A DNA stretch of 64,000 nt, taken from an uncultured Nitrososphaeraceae archaeon (GTDB taxonomy: Archaea > Thermoproteota > Nitrososphaeria > Nitrososphaerales > Nitrososphaeraceae). Positions 21,883 to 32,610 of this stretch are shown here, piece by piece (the first letter of the stretch is position 1; the number at the start of each line of letters is the position of its first letter). Position numbers and translations under genes: made by a program. Under the pieces are notes generated by a model. That model saw nothing but the letters and a program-made list of their open reading frames with translations, searched no databases and had not been told where the DNA came from. The stretch lies in NCBI GenBank assembly GCA_963729045.1, contig CAVSMN010000018.1, positions 32,001 through 96,000 of the forward strand. Reading direction: 5' to 3'.

Positions 21883-21961
21883 ACCTTTGATACTATGGAA
21901 AAAATATATTGGGATTGCTAACTAGGTGCAATACTCTAATATTCTAGCAGTTTTAGAATTA
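21445..21961. repeat. 517-bp direct repeat, copy 2
   Basis: Matches 9300..9816. Confidence 0.93.
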
Positions 21962-22223
21962 GACTGAAAAGAACAACTCCTAATAGGCAAATAATGAACA
22001 AAATTTTTTACAATTGCGGACAATTATCTAATCTTAGATTGACAGATTATCGTCAAACAATTTTTATTATGCGTTTTTTCGCCACTCAAATTAATGAATT
22101 ATACCATATTTGGATTGTTCCATTTGATGACATTGATATATTATACAACGCATGGTTTGACTAAATCGCGTAATTCTTAGTTCTACCAAAACTTTTAAGA
22201 AGCATCATATCTCAAAAATAAAC

Positions 22224-22373
22224 ATGGTCAGAAATTTAATACCTACTTGTAGTAAATGTGGTAGCTTCGTCAGTGATCACATAGAACCAGAAGTAGAAAA
22301 AGAAGGCCAAATTAAAGAAGGAAAATATGTTGACAATGTTTGGGTTTGTAACGAATGTCTAAAAAATAAATAA
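22224..22373 (+). CDS. 49-aa Zn-finger microprotein (not in ORF track)
   Basis: MVRNLIPTCSKCGSFVSDHIEPEVEKEGQIKEGKYVDNVWVCNECLKNK*; two CxxC; TTTTAAG box at about 22193. Confidence 0.7.
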   Translation: MVRNLIPTCSKCGSFVSDHIEPEVEKEGQIKEGKYVDNVWVCNECLKNK

Positions 22374-22594
22374 ATATATTAATATGAATACAAAGTAACC
22401 GACCTATCACTCCGCATGAAAATATGATTGATCGGATCTAAATTATTCAATTAGATACTTTGCATAAAGTTCGATGTCAGTTATTGCCTTGAGTCTATAA
22501 TTGTGGAAGTTCATATCATGACCTATCACCATTGTTAAAACTTCGACTACGAATCTCAGTGCTTTTATTGAATTGATTTCTAGCAGTATGACCT

Positions 22595-23063
22595 TTAGGT
22601 ATCATCTTTGCCCAAATCTTTGTCAATTTTTTTCTGTAATTCTCTATATTTCTTGTATTTCTTGTCCCATTTTGAAAGAACAAACCACTGCCTGATCCCT
22701 ATGCCCATCCACACGATAAAAACAATTACAGGAATTAGTGGCAGGTATCTAAAAGAAGAGTTAAATCCAGAATTAGAAGTAGAACTGGAGTCATCTCCCC
22801 AATGAACCATTTCTTGTCCAATTATTATAGCCATCATCATGAAACGGAAATCCAAATAACATAAATGTTAACATAAACGCTATCGGAGGAATAATCATAA
22901 TAGTTAGTAACATTATAATGAAAAGTTTCTTGGTTTTATTTAGTTGATCAATTATCCCATCCATTATGTAAAAAATACTAGAATCTGATCTTGTATTGTT
23001 GTTATCAGAATTATTTTTGTTGTCATTGTTATCTTCGTTATCATTATTGTTTGATTTTTTCAT
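22595..23063 (-). pseudogene. two-TM membrane protein with one frameshift (or sequencing indel)
   Basis: ORFs 22791..23063 (TM1) and 22595..22855 (TM2 plus IRQW..LSKWDKKY) join into one protein; start overlaps the stop of the upstream HTH gene. Confidence 0.7.
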
Positions 23064-23365
23064 TAGTCTCGCCTCTCCTTTTCATTATTTCTTGGAAATA
23101 GTTCTTCATAAGGTGCCAGAATTTCATTCAAAATTAATCTTCCTCTTTCTGAGACTTTGTAGTTGATTATAACTTTGCTACCCCAATTTTCTTCCATTCT
23201 ATTGATCAATTCTTTTCTGACCATATCATCCAAGATTTCTTTATGTTTAACATTATTCAAACCACAGTAACTCATAAGCTTACTCTGATTAATTTCACCA
23301 TATTCACAAAGTTTCAAGAGAATATCCTTCCTGATAAATATTCGATCACGGTATTCATGAACCAC
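23063..23365 (-). CDS. winged-helix transcriptional regulator
   Basis: YRDRIFI..DIL, SKLMSYCGLN, ELI, YKVSERGR: archaeal wHTH pattern. Confidence 0.85.
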   Translation of the reverse strand: MVHEYRDRIFIRKDILLKLCEYGEINQSKLMSYCGLNNVKHKEILDDMVRKELINRMEENWGSKVIINYKVSERGRLILNEILAPYEELFPRNNEKERRD

Positions 23366-23570
23366 AATGAATCAATCAGAACAGACAAAATGTTTTCATA
23401 TGTCCAATTAGGGTATCGTTTGACCATTCTGCAAATATATTCATATGTATGTACTTTTTCATCGTATAAACATAGTATAACAAACAGGATTATGTATAAA
23501 ATCATAAGGGAACAAAGTTACGTCTCAAAGGTCCAGCATAGTTAATATAATCAAATATAATATTTTCAGG

Positions 23571-24164
23571 ATGATAAAATCACAAAAATTAAGAATAGAA
23601 AAATCTGTAAAAGCTACTGCCACTAAGGTATCACTAACAACAGTAGCAATTATTGCATTTTCAACACTACTTGTTTTGTTCTCTGGACCTAGCAGTAGCA
23701 CTACTACTACTATGACAGCTTATGCAGAGCAAACAGACACCATCAATGCTACAAAGGTAGTCAATGCTTCAAAGGATAAAGTGTGGAATATCATTTCAAA
23801 TGTGGACAAGAATCCAGATTATTGGCCAATTTCGATTGTAAAAAACATTAGCAAATCAGACAACACTGTAGAAAGAGAAGTTACTGTTCCTGCACCGCCC
23901 TTTATGGATAATAAAGCTCATCAAATAATAACCATTATTCCAGAACAATTTACAATTGTTGAAAATCAAACTCAAGGCGCTGTTACTGGGGTAAAAACCA
24001 TATCTTTACAACAGGCTGGGAGTGACTCCAATAAGACCGAAGTTAGCATAGTATGGAATCTAGACATGTCTAAAATACCTGGCATTGGAAAGGGATTCGC
24101 AAAAGACGGTATAAGTAACTCTGTAGATGAAGCACTAAACAAGATTGCAAATGCTGCTAAATGA
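23571..24164 (+). CDS. secreted SRPBCC-domain protein
   Basis: Long signal ending AYA; VNASKDKVWNIISNVD..PDYWP; C-terminal helix EALNKIA. Confidence 0.8.
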   Translation: MIKSQKLRIEKSVKATATKVSLTTVAIIAFSTLLVLFSGPSSSTTTTMTAYAEQTDTINATKVVNASKDKVWNIISNVDKNPDYWPISIVKNISKSDNTVEREVTVPAPPFMDNKAHQIITIIPEQFTIVENQTQGAVTGVKTISLQQAGSDSNKTEVSIVWNLDMSKIPGIGKGFAKDGISNSVDEALNKIANAAK

Positions 24165-24611
24165 TTAGATTAATAAAAAAAGGGTATGTCCTGAAAGTAA
24201 TTAGTAGGTATTCGTCTACCTATTGACGTCAGAAAGAGAAATACTTGCTTATCAATAAGTGTTCAGATTTTTTATATTACCACTCAGCAAGGGAGAATTT
24301 CATAACAGTCCTAATTACTATTTTTAATTACTTGTATCATTTGGATTTCGGTTTGGATTTAAAACAAAGCCTCCTATATTATGTTCTTCATGTACCGAAC
24401 AATTTTTGATACACAATAGATTGCAGGTCGATATTTAATTTAATTTAATTTGATTAATTGAATTTGAATATATCATTTGAAACATTTGTGACGGATATAT
24501 CAAGATGGAATTAATTGTAGAATGAAAATAAATAATCACAGTATTGTACAAGTTTGTAAAAGAAATGAAGTTAATGCATTTATACCAACGGATACAGTTT
24601 GATCTTTGTAT

Positions 24612-25151
24612 ATGCCAATGCCAACCCAAGGGGCAACTAAAATTAGTAAAATAATGACCAAAAAACTCGAAACTGTCGGATCTACCTCCTCTGCACAGGA
24701 GGTCGCCATAAAGATGAGGGATAAACAGGTTAGTTCAATTGTAGTGATGGATGATAGATTCGGCATACCTCTAGGAATTGTCACCGAGAGGGACCTTGCG
24801 AGAAAAGTGTGTGTTACTGACAAGAATAGTACTCAATTATTAGCAAGCCAAGTAATGTCGTTTCCTCTAATTACTGTTAATGCGGATTTATCATCTTCAG
24901 AGGCAGCAGACTTGATGTTAAAGAACAAGGTAAGACATTTACTCGTCATATCTAAAGATTCAAAACAAAACATGGATAATAATGACGCGTTAGAAGATAA
25001 AGATCTCATTAAACCGGTAGGAATAATCACTACAACAGATTTTATAAAATTTAGTCTAATCTCTGATACGGATTCGGATAAAGATGTAAATGAAGACAAG
25101 AAAACCGAGGAAATTTTAAAATACTATAGAAATGATTCGGATCATTCATGA
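24612..25151 (+). CDS. CBS-domain protein
   Basis: IMT...M....VSSIVV...GIVTERDL; second CBS VRHLLV...GIITTTD. Confidence 0.9.
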   Translation: MPMPTQGATKISKIMTKKLETVGSTSSAQEVAIKMRDKQVSSIVVMDDRFGIPLGIVTERDLARKVCVTDKNSTQLLASQVMSFPLITVNADLSSSEAADLMLKNKVRHLLVISKDSKQNMDNNDALEDKDLIKPVGIITTTDFIKFSLISDTDSDKDVNEDKKTEEILKYYRNDSDHS

Positions 25152-25276
25152 TTATAACTTTTGAGTGGCTTGGTCATTATGAACAAAATAATTTATCAAC
25201 TAAAGTCTGCTTACAATAATCCCATAGATAGACTCACTTAATTTCTTTTATATGTGATAATATAATAAATATATCA

Positions 25277-25510
25277 TTGTCTGGGAATAACAGAGAAACT
25301 ATCAAAATTGGATCAACAGTAAGAGTGATAAAAAAAAGCGACCAAAAGACAGGAAAGGTAAGTGAAGGAAAAGTAAAGGAAATATTGACCAAATCCAAAT
25401 TTCATCCCCACGGAATCAAAGTAATTTTAGAAGATGGAATAATTGGTAGAGTTAAGGAGGTAGTAAACGTATCAGTTAATAAGGACATATCAAAAGAAAA
25501 CCTCCTCTAA
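25277..25510 (+). CDS. YwbE (DUF2196) family protein
   Basis: K.DQKTGK..EGKVKEILTKSKFHPHGIKV.LEDGIIGRV. Confidence 0.9.
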   Translation: MSGNNRETIKIGSTVRVIKKSDQKTGKVSEGKVKEILTKSKFHPHGIKVILEDGIIGRVKEVVNVSVNKDISKENLL

Positions 25511-25861
25511 GAAGGGGAAATGCTCATCTACTATTTTGAAAGTGTATATTCCGTATTCATGGTTACTATTCCATAATTCCATTCCTTTATCAAAGTAATT
25601 CATCCTCACATATTATTTTCATATCATAAAATAGATCGATCGATCCTACTATGATAACAAAATGGAAAATCTCAATTTGATTTGTCCTTTATTTTTGACA
25701 TCTATAAATACTGTTATGGCACGGTGGCCCAGTAAAGTGCTATAGGTAAGGCAAATGTGGAAAGAACACCAAATACATAGTGAAGCCTACTACTAGATCG
25801 ATATCCATAATCATTGGAATCAGTTAAATTGATTGATCATGTTCTTTTATTATATATTCAA

Positions 25862-26323
25862 TTATTTTTTCCCTTGTTCAATCTCTCTCAAAAATTTTTC
25901 TAGTCTTTCTTTAATGGCTTCTTTCGAAATAAGGCTAAAAGACGCAAAAGGTTTCTTTAGTCTTGCCTCACGAGCCCACAATTCGTACAATATTTCCTTG
26001 ATTCTATTTACATCACTATTTGTCTTTGATTCTTTTAAGACATTTATAAGAAATGACAAACCTTCAGAGGAAATAGATAGATGTGATTTAGATAGGACGA
26101 CATCCTCATCGATATGAATTAGACCATCACGTTGCAAGTCCTCCAAGAGATTCCACAATTCAAGAATTGTTGGATAGTCATAAACTAAACTTAACTTTAG
26201 CAATCGCCAGACGTCAATCAAAGTGAATGAATGGACCTCATCAGGTTCTGAGGCCTTTTCCGTTGATTTTACATACCCTAAGTGAAATAATATCCACATC
26301 CGGACGAATTCATAATTCTTCAT
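25862..26323 (-). CDS. hypothetical protein, possibly winged-helix
   Basis: 153-aa ATG ORF; LEDLQRDGLI...ISSEG resembles a wHTH wing. Confidence 0.6.
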   Translation of the reverse strand: MKNYEFVRMWILFHLGYVKSTEKASEPDEVHSFTLIDVWRLLKLSLVYDYPTILELWNLLEDLQRDGLIHIDEDVVLSKSHLSISSEGLSFLINVLKESKTNSDVNRIKEILYELWAREARLKKPFASFSLISKEAIKERLEKFLREIEQGKK

Positions 26324-26805
26324 TTTTATAAACTACACTACATTCTATTCTGCACTTTTTGTTCAAAAACTTTCCAAACTTATGTGGCTACAGTTAAAAA
26401 AATCAAGAATGAGGGGCATTGTTTTACTCAACTTCTTCCTGTAATTAGTTGTAAGTACAGGATAGAATGGATGGTGATATTCTTTTTTGTTATTGTCATC
26501 ATTGTAGTTCTCAATTTCATTATTTTGGTTATTGTTTTGGATGGGAGTCTATTCATATCATGGACATCATAGAAAAATATATTAGAATTGCCAACTGATT
26601 GCACTAATTAGTCTCTAGCCATTTTAGAATTTGAATAGAAAGAGAATATTTGAATAGGAATTTAAGTGGTTTTTTCCAAATATTAGAAACAAGAGCTTCA
26701 ATTTTTTGACATCAAGAAAATAGAATCGATACAAAGCATACAGATCAGATTTTTTTGATTCAATTTAATAGAAAACTTTTTTTCATTAGACTCTCATTTG
26801 TGTGT

Positions 26806-27876
26806 GTGACACTCCCTGAAATTGACAGTTTATCGATCACCTTATTAGTGGATAATTATACTGACAGGTTGTTACCATCATCATTAATTGCAATTCGCCC
26901 ACCAATGATGAAAAATGAACAATTTCTTCCTCCTCCTCCACCCGTGGCGGAGCATGGTTTTTCAGCTTTGATTAGAGCTGTATCTAATGACTATATGACA
27001 TATCAAAACAAAGACCAATCACTCAATGAAAACGTAATTCTATTTGATTGTGGAACCAGTGAAAATGGTGTTTTATCTAACGCTGAAATATTAGGAATAA
27101 ACTTCAATTCCATAAATTCTATCATACTTAGTCATGGACATTTCGATCACTTTACTGGCCTATTAAGTATCCTCAAAAAAATAGACAAGCCTGTTAGATT
27201 AATTTGCCATCCCGATGCCTTTTTGAGAAGATGGATAATATTCCCCAATGGCAAGGATAAGGCAAGATTGCCATTTCTCGATAAAGAGGAATTACGAAGA
27301 CAAGGAGCAGTTATAATGACAAAGAAAGACCCCAGTTTAATTTCTCAAGACAGAATAGAAGAATATCAATACCCCTTGAACGACTACACTGTTGTTGACA
27401 ATTCAATACCTAAATTACTAGTTACTGGTTGGATTCCACGAACGACTACTTACGAAAAGGGATTTCCATTGCAGTACAAAGAAGACCTCAATACAAGTAC
27501 CCTTATTCCCGATCCTTTAGTAAATGATGATCAAGCTATTGTCGCAAATATCAAGAACAAAGGATTGATAATCATTAGTGGATGTGCACATGCGGGTATT
27601 ATTAATACAATTAAATACGCCAAATTGCTTACTGGAATCAACAAGATATATGCAGTGATCGGGGGTTTTCATCTAACTGGTGGAGGAATTTATGAGGATG
27701 CAATCGAACCAACAATAACAGAATTAAAAAAGATAGATCCAAGATATTTGATCCCTTGTCACTGCACGGGATGGAAAGCTACCAACCGAATAATTCAAGA
27801 ACTACCTGAAAAATTTCTACAACCAAGTACCTTGTACTACCTTTACCTTTACATTCGATTCGACCCTTTAATATAA
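26806..27876 (+). CDS. MBL-fold metallo-hydrolase (MJ0448/DHPS-like subfamily)
   Basis: ITLLVDN, AEHGFS, LFDCG, SHGHFDHFTG, SGCAHAG, GGFHL, PCHCTG; probable +1 shift near 27831 alters only the last residues. Confidence 0.9.
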   Translation: MTLPEIDSLSITLLVDNYTDRLLPSSLIAIRPPMMKNEQFLPPPPPVAEHGFSALIRAVSNDYMTYQNKDQSLNENVILFDCGTSENGVLSNAEILGINFNSINSIILSHGHFDHFTGLLSILKKIDKPVRLICHPDAFLRRWIIFPNGKDKARLPFLDKEELRRQGAVIMTKKDPSLISQDRIEEYQYPLNDYTVVDNSIPKLLVTGWIPRTTTYEKGFPLQYKEDLNTSTLIPDPLVNDDQAIVANIKNKGLIIISGCAHAGIINTIKYAKLLTGINKIYAVIGGFHLTGGGIYEDAIEPTITELKKIDPRYLIPCHCTGWKATNRIIQELPEKFLQPSTLYYLYLYIRFDPLI

Positions 27877-28336
27877 CTACATTTGGTAAAGTATACAAAA
27901 ATTTAGTATTTACTCAAGTGTACTGAGAGATCACCTTTCATTTGAAATGCTTAAGACATGACCATCATAACATACTGCTTTTTATCGAATTCAAACGAAT
28001 TACAGTAACAAAAAATGGTGAATGAATGAATAACAAATATTGACCACTTACCCCAATGTCTCTTGGCCCGAACTAATTCTTGCTACAATCGACTTGCATC
28101 TTCATGCAGACAATATTTGACTTATATACTACAATGCGAATCTTAAATATTTGAATTTGTTAAAATAACACTGCTATTTTTTTCTGCTTTAGTATGATGT
28201 AATATAATTATGAAATTATGAACTGAATATATTAGATGAACTACATCACATAGTCAAATATGGATATAATAAAACGACAAGATCGAGCATGGAACAAATA
28301 AAATATTTTTACATGTGTCGAATGTATAACCATTAT

Positions 28337-28579
28337 ATGATCTTTGAATGCCCGGTTGGACACATTTGTTTTAGTAAAGATGAACTAACCATTTGTGGAA
28401 TGCGAGGATGCAATAAACAAATAGACATGCTAAGCCCTGACGATATCGAATGGTTTTACAAAATAGATAAGAATGGACTTTGTATTACTAGGACTGACCT
28501 TCACATGATAATTGAAGATCCTAATATGCCAAAAGACGTAAAGAAGCAAATACAAAAATTATTTACCAATATTTCTTGA
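28337..28579 (+). CDS. hypothetical protein with Cys/His metal-binding N-terminus
   Basis: FECPVGH.CF....ICGMRGC; ATG at 28337 preferred. Confidence 0.65.
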   Translation: MIFECPVGHICFSKDELTICGMRGCNKQIDMLSPDDIEWFYKIDKNGLCITRTDLHMIIEDPNMPKDVKKQIQKLFTNIS

Positions 28580-28870
28580 CAGTTCATAACAAGAAATCAT
28601 AAAAGAATTAAGAATTAAGAAATAAGAATTCATAGTAAAAATTAGAAAAATTTCTCGATACAAATCTAACAATAATGATAGAATTATTTTGAGGTCTCAA
28701 TCTTCATATTTAGTATGAAAATGACTTCACCTTAATATCCTGGTGCTGCGTCTCTAGTAACAGGTTCCGATAAAAAGTAAAAGTAAAAGTAAAAATATGC
28801 CAGTTTTTTAGAGTTAAGGGAATATTTTTGATATATTAGATATTAATAAAGATGAAGTCGATCTTCGATG

Positions 28871-29980
28871 TCAAATATCAAGATCAACCCATAAGGCAGC
28901 ATGATCCGAGGCTGCATCTTTGGCGGTTTTCATCTCAGGAAAATGGGCAAAAAGATCACCGTTTTTACCTCCCCACACACCTCTTCTCTCAATTCCACCA
29001 AGTTTAGCCTTTTTGGCCAATTCTGGAGACATTAATATATAATCTAATTTTCCTGATTTTGTTCCATTACCATGGGTACCTGGTCTATCATCTCCCACAA
29101 ATTTTTCATGTTTCATAATATCTAATAAATTGGAGTTACTACCTAGTAGAGCACGTAAAGGAGCACTATCAGGAGTATCGTTCAAGTCTCCTATAACAGC
29201 AATAAAATCAAATTTTTTATTTAATTCATCATAAATCTTTCGTACTTTCTTTGCTTGACGTGTACGTTTTTTGTCATTGTCTTGTTGAGCACCAAAGCCT
29301 TTACTCTTAAAATGATTTATTAATAAGAACAGATCATTTCCCGAAGGAGTAGTTAAATGATATTCTGCACAATCTCTACTAAATATTAATCCATCTGAAT
29401 CAATATCATCTACATGGCTAGTCATCGATCTTATTTCAAATCCTTTTCTACTGATAATACCAACATCAATACCTCGTTCATCATTGCCGTCTATAAGCAT
29501 AGTGTGATCGTATGACTGCCCATTTACCTTTGGTATCACCATATCATTGAACCGCTTTAGTGCAATCCTATTTTCTGCTTCAACTACACATAAAATATCT
29601 GCTTTTAATTCATTAATAACTCTCGCAGTATTTTCAATGGCTAATTCTTTGATGGTATCTTTTTTGAGTTCAAACCATCCTATCCAATCATCTCGCCCTT
29701 TTGCTAAGACGACATATACACCTTGTTGCTTTTTAACTAGCTTTGCTCGGACTTCTACAAGACGAATGAATTTACTTTCACCTTTTGTTAGTAACCCAGT
29801 ATTTCGTTTCATTATTTGCAGTATTTCCTTTTTGATTTGTTCAGAGTATATCTTGTTTTGGATCAAATTAATTAAATCATCAAAATCCTTTAACACTGTT
29901 TTACCATCTTCCCATGATGGCAAATTCATTACCGAAGGCCTTTCAAACATATTTTCTACATTGAACGAGGCTAATCGCAT
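28871..29980 (-). CDS. endonuclease/exonuclease/phosphatase (EEP) family protein
   Basis: MRLASFNVEN, ADILCVVE.E, GND.RGIDVG, FSRD, NHFKS, GDLND, LDYIL, ASDH. Confidence 0.92.
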   Translation of the reverse strand: MRLASFNVENMFERPSVMNLPSWEDGKTVLKDFDDLINLIQNKIYSEQIKKEILQIMKRNTGLLTKGESKFIRLVEVRAKLVKKQQGVYVVLAKGRDDWIGWFELKKDTIKELAIENTARVINELKADILCVVEAENRIALKRFNDMVIPKVNGQSYDHTMLIDGNDERGIDVGIISRKGFEIRSMTSHVDDIDSDGLIFSRDCAEYHLTTPSGNDLFLLINHFKSKGFGAQQDNDKKRTRQAKKVRKIYDELNKKFDFIAVIGDLNDTPDSAPLRALLGSNSNLLDIMKHEKFVGDDRPGTHGNGTKSGKLDYILMSPELAKKAKLGGIERRGVWGGKNGDLFAHFPEMKTAKDAASDHAALWVDLDI

Positions 29981-30430
29981 ATACTCATCTGTTATGATTA
30001 AGATAATATAAATATGTTTTATTATATTGCCAATAAGTGACAATTTCAAATTAAATGTATTAATCAAAATAACAAAATTTGAATGTAGAACCACATCAAC
30101 CGTATTGTGATTAACTGTTAGGACATTTTGTATTCTTATACTTCACTTTGATGAGATAAACATAACTAAACCGAGATCTTTATCAAGACAGGATCATACT
30201 AGGTTTATCAAGAACTCATCATATGTATAAAAATAATTAAAGAGACAATTAACTAAAAAAATACCAGGCTGCTACTTTCTAAGAAGGATTTGAATTCTAT
30301 CAATTTTTGATTTTCTTGTGCATCCATATCCTTATACTCTGTGGTTATATGATGCAAGACAAATAATTATTGCACAGATAACTATCGTCGAAATTAAAAA
30401 ATATAAGCCCTAGAATCCAAAATAGCTCTT

Positions 30431-30859
30431 GTGAAGGATAAACCATTCAATTTTCATGGTGCAATATTTACTATAAAGGTTCTCACTTCTGAGACAAATG
30501 GAAAATATACGGTAATGGATGTAATCCACCCACCTTACTTGGGTCCTGCGTTACATATGCATCCAATGGGCCCTGAGACTTTTTACATAATTGAAGGCGA
30601 ATATGAATTTATGTTGGGTGAAAAATCGTTAATGGGTAAATCAGGGGATACAATTTTTGTTCCAAAAGGAACTCCACATAGATTTGAGGTAGGCCGCAAA
30701 GGTGGACACGCTCTTATAATGAGTCCTCCCGAACTAGAGCATTATTTTTTCAAGGTTGGTGAATTATTTGGCAAAGGCAAGGTTTCTTACAAAACAGAAT
30801 CAAACATAGCAGAGCAATATGGTCAAATTTTCCTAGATAACAGAAACCATTGGAAATAA
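30431..30859 (+). CDS. cupin-domain protein
   Basis: GPALHMH...ETFYIIEGE...GDTIFVPKGTPH. Confidence 0.9.
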   Translation: MKDKPFNFHGAIFTIKVLTSETNGKYTVMDVIHPPYLGPALHMHPMGPETFYIIEGEYEFMLGEKSLMGKSGDTIFVPKGTPHRFEVGRKGGHALIMSPPELEHYFFKVGELFGKGKVSYKTESNIAEQYGQIFLDNRNHWK

Positions 30860-31305
30860 CTAATTCTACTTGACTTTTGGATTTCTCAATATTGTAATTT
30901 GATTAAATTTAGATTTTGTTGGATTAAAGTATTCTAATCAATCGTGGTTTTATGACTCTAATTCAATCAGCCTAGCCACTAGACAATTACATGATCCATC
31001 TAATACTAATTCTCAATCACATCAAAGAAATCAAGTATTCAAAAATGATTAGAATTTAGTTTAGATTTTAATTTGATTCTAATTGTTTTTAAATCCATAT
31101 TTTCTTAACATGGTCTCTATTAAGTGAAAAGACAGACATTGAAATTGGTGTCAACATTGTTAACGCGGTATTCTACTGTCACTATATTCTTTTATGATTT
31201 CTAACATTTCTGAAACCATGACTTAACCTTTTTGTACGATTATTTCACAAGAATTTAACTAGTAAATATTTGACTATGTATTTTAGTCTTTAATGAAATA
31301 TTATA

Positions 31306-31548
31306 TTGATGATACAATATGCAGTCATTTTGATGATATTGCCAATATTGATCTCGATGAATTCCTTCGGTTCCAATGGTCTCGTCCTCCAAAACATGTC
31401 TGAAGACATCAACTATTTGTTTAGTAATTTAACACCAGACAATCTTGGAGTCAAAGAGTATTCTAATCAATCTAATAGTATTTCCAGTGTTCAAAAGGAT
31501 CTCCAAGAGTCCGCAAGTAGCTCAACTGATAATAATATGACTTTATGA
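31306..31548 (+). CDS. small hypothetical secreted protein or gene fragment
   Basis: Hydrophobic N-terminus, S/N-rich tail. Confidence 0.4.
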   Translation: MMIQYAVILMILPILISMNSFGSNGLVLQNMSEDINYLFSNLTPDNLGVKEYSNQSNSISSVQKDLQESASSSTDNNMTL

Positions 31549-31915
31549 CAAGAGGCTTTAACACTAGGATAAAAAACAATAGAAGGTAAAGTTCTTATCA
31601 AATATTACTTTTATTTTAGTTATTTACGGATTACCACAATGTTAGCTGAGCTAGCACATACTTTCAATAATAACATAACGGCAATAAAAAATGAGAAACT
31701 TAGAATTTCTAGACTCTCCTGATATGTTAGAATCTATGATCAAAGTAAATTTAAGACTACTACCGAATGAAGAAGAGATATGATCACACTTTTTTATTTA
31801 ATTAACAATCATATTTGCTCTTATTCTCTACTAATTTAGAGCAAACTTGCTATTTAAAGTAAAAATATAATATATTACTGCTTTCATATATTTTCTAATT
31901 TCTTCATCACTCATC

Positions 31916-32122
31916 TTGGTTGAGTCTGGTGTTTGGAAATTATCTCAGCCCATTGATGTTAATCTAATGGATTTCCTGTTAAAGACCATCATAGAATATA
32001 TAAAAGATGTAAAGAAATTTGATAACTATTACTGCCGGACTATAATAATATTGATTCTTCAGAAGCTAGGTTTTTGTGAATCAGAATCTAGATACATGTT
32101 GCACTCATTACCACTAGAATGA
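31916..32122 (+). CDS. hypothetical protein
   Basis: 68-aa TTG ORF downstream of an AT box; no motif. Confidence 0.4.
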   Translation: MVESGVWKLSQPIDVNLMDFLLKTIIEYIKDVKKFDNYYCRTIIILILQKLGFCESESRYMLHSLPLE

Positions 32123-32610
32123 CTGCTACTACAGTATTAGAGAAACAAGTTTCAACAACAAAGGATAGTAAATAGTGGGTTGCTCCGTCGTTACTACCAG
32201 ACGATAGTTATCTTGTTCATCTATTTCCATTAGATACTATCCTTTGTTTGTTTTCATCAATCTACTATTTGACAATACCGCTTTACTCGCGTCCCTTGAT
32301 AAATGATATACATGAACCTGTTACATACCTTTCCTCTTGGTTTTTGAATGCATTTGCGATCGTAATGACAAAGTTCCAAATGAAAATAGAATAAGAAGAT
32401 GGATAGAAATTCATCCATGATATGGATCCATACGGAAGCATATTGGTCGTATTACCTTTCTGCTAATAGACGGTTCCAATTATCTCTTAAATAAAAAATG
32501 ACGACAAAAAGCTACTTACTATCTTTTGTAAAAAAATACTAATTCAAAATAAAATGATAATGTATGTATTGCTATAAATACACAGATAGTCATGTTGTTT
32601 TAGATTACTT

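Noticed and set aside
9300..21961. Composite transposon or prophage bounded by the 517-bp repeats
   Set aside because: The repeats encode a secreted protein; no transposase, integrase, terminal inverted repeats or viral genes lie between them
26384..26572. Hydrophobic 62-aa ORF
   Set aside because: Likely the antisense of degenerate N/D-rich sequence; no support on either strand
28600..28795. Short tandem repeats (AAGAATT)n and (AAAAGT)n
   Set aside because: Low-complexity intergenic microsatellites with no spacers and no positional pattern
29547..30011. Long antisense ORFs in the track (e.g. 29547..30011, 11982..12269, 45100..45480, 48002..48394, 53700..54101)
   Set aside because: They lie opposite well-supported genes and have no motifs; shadow ORFs
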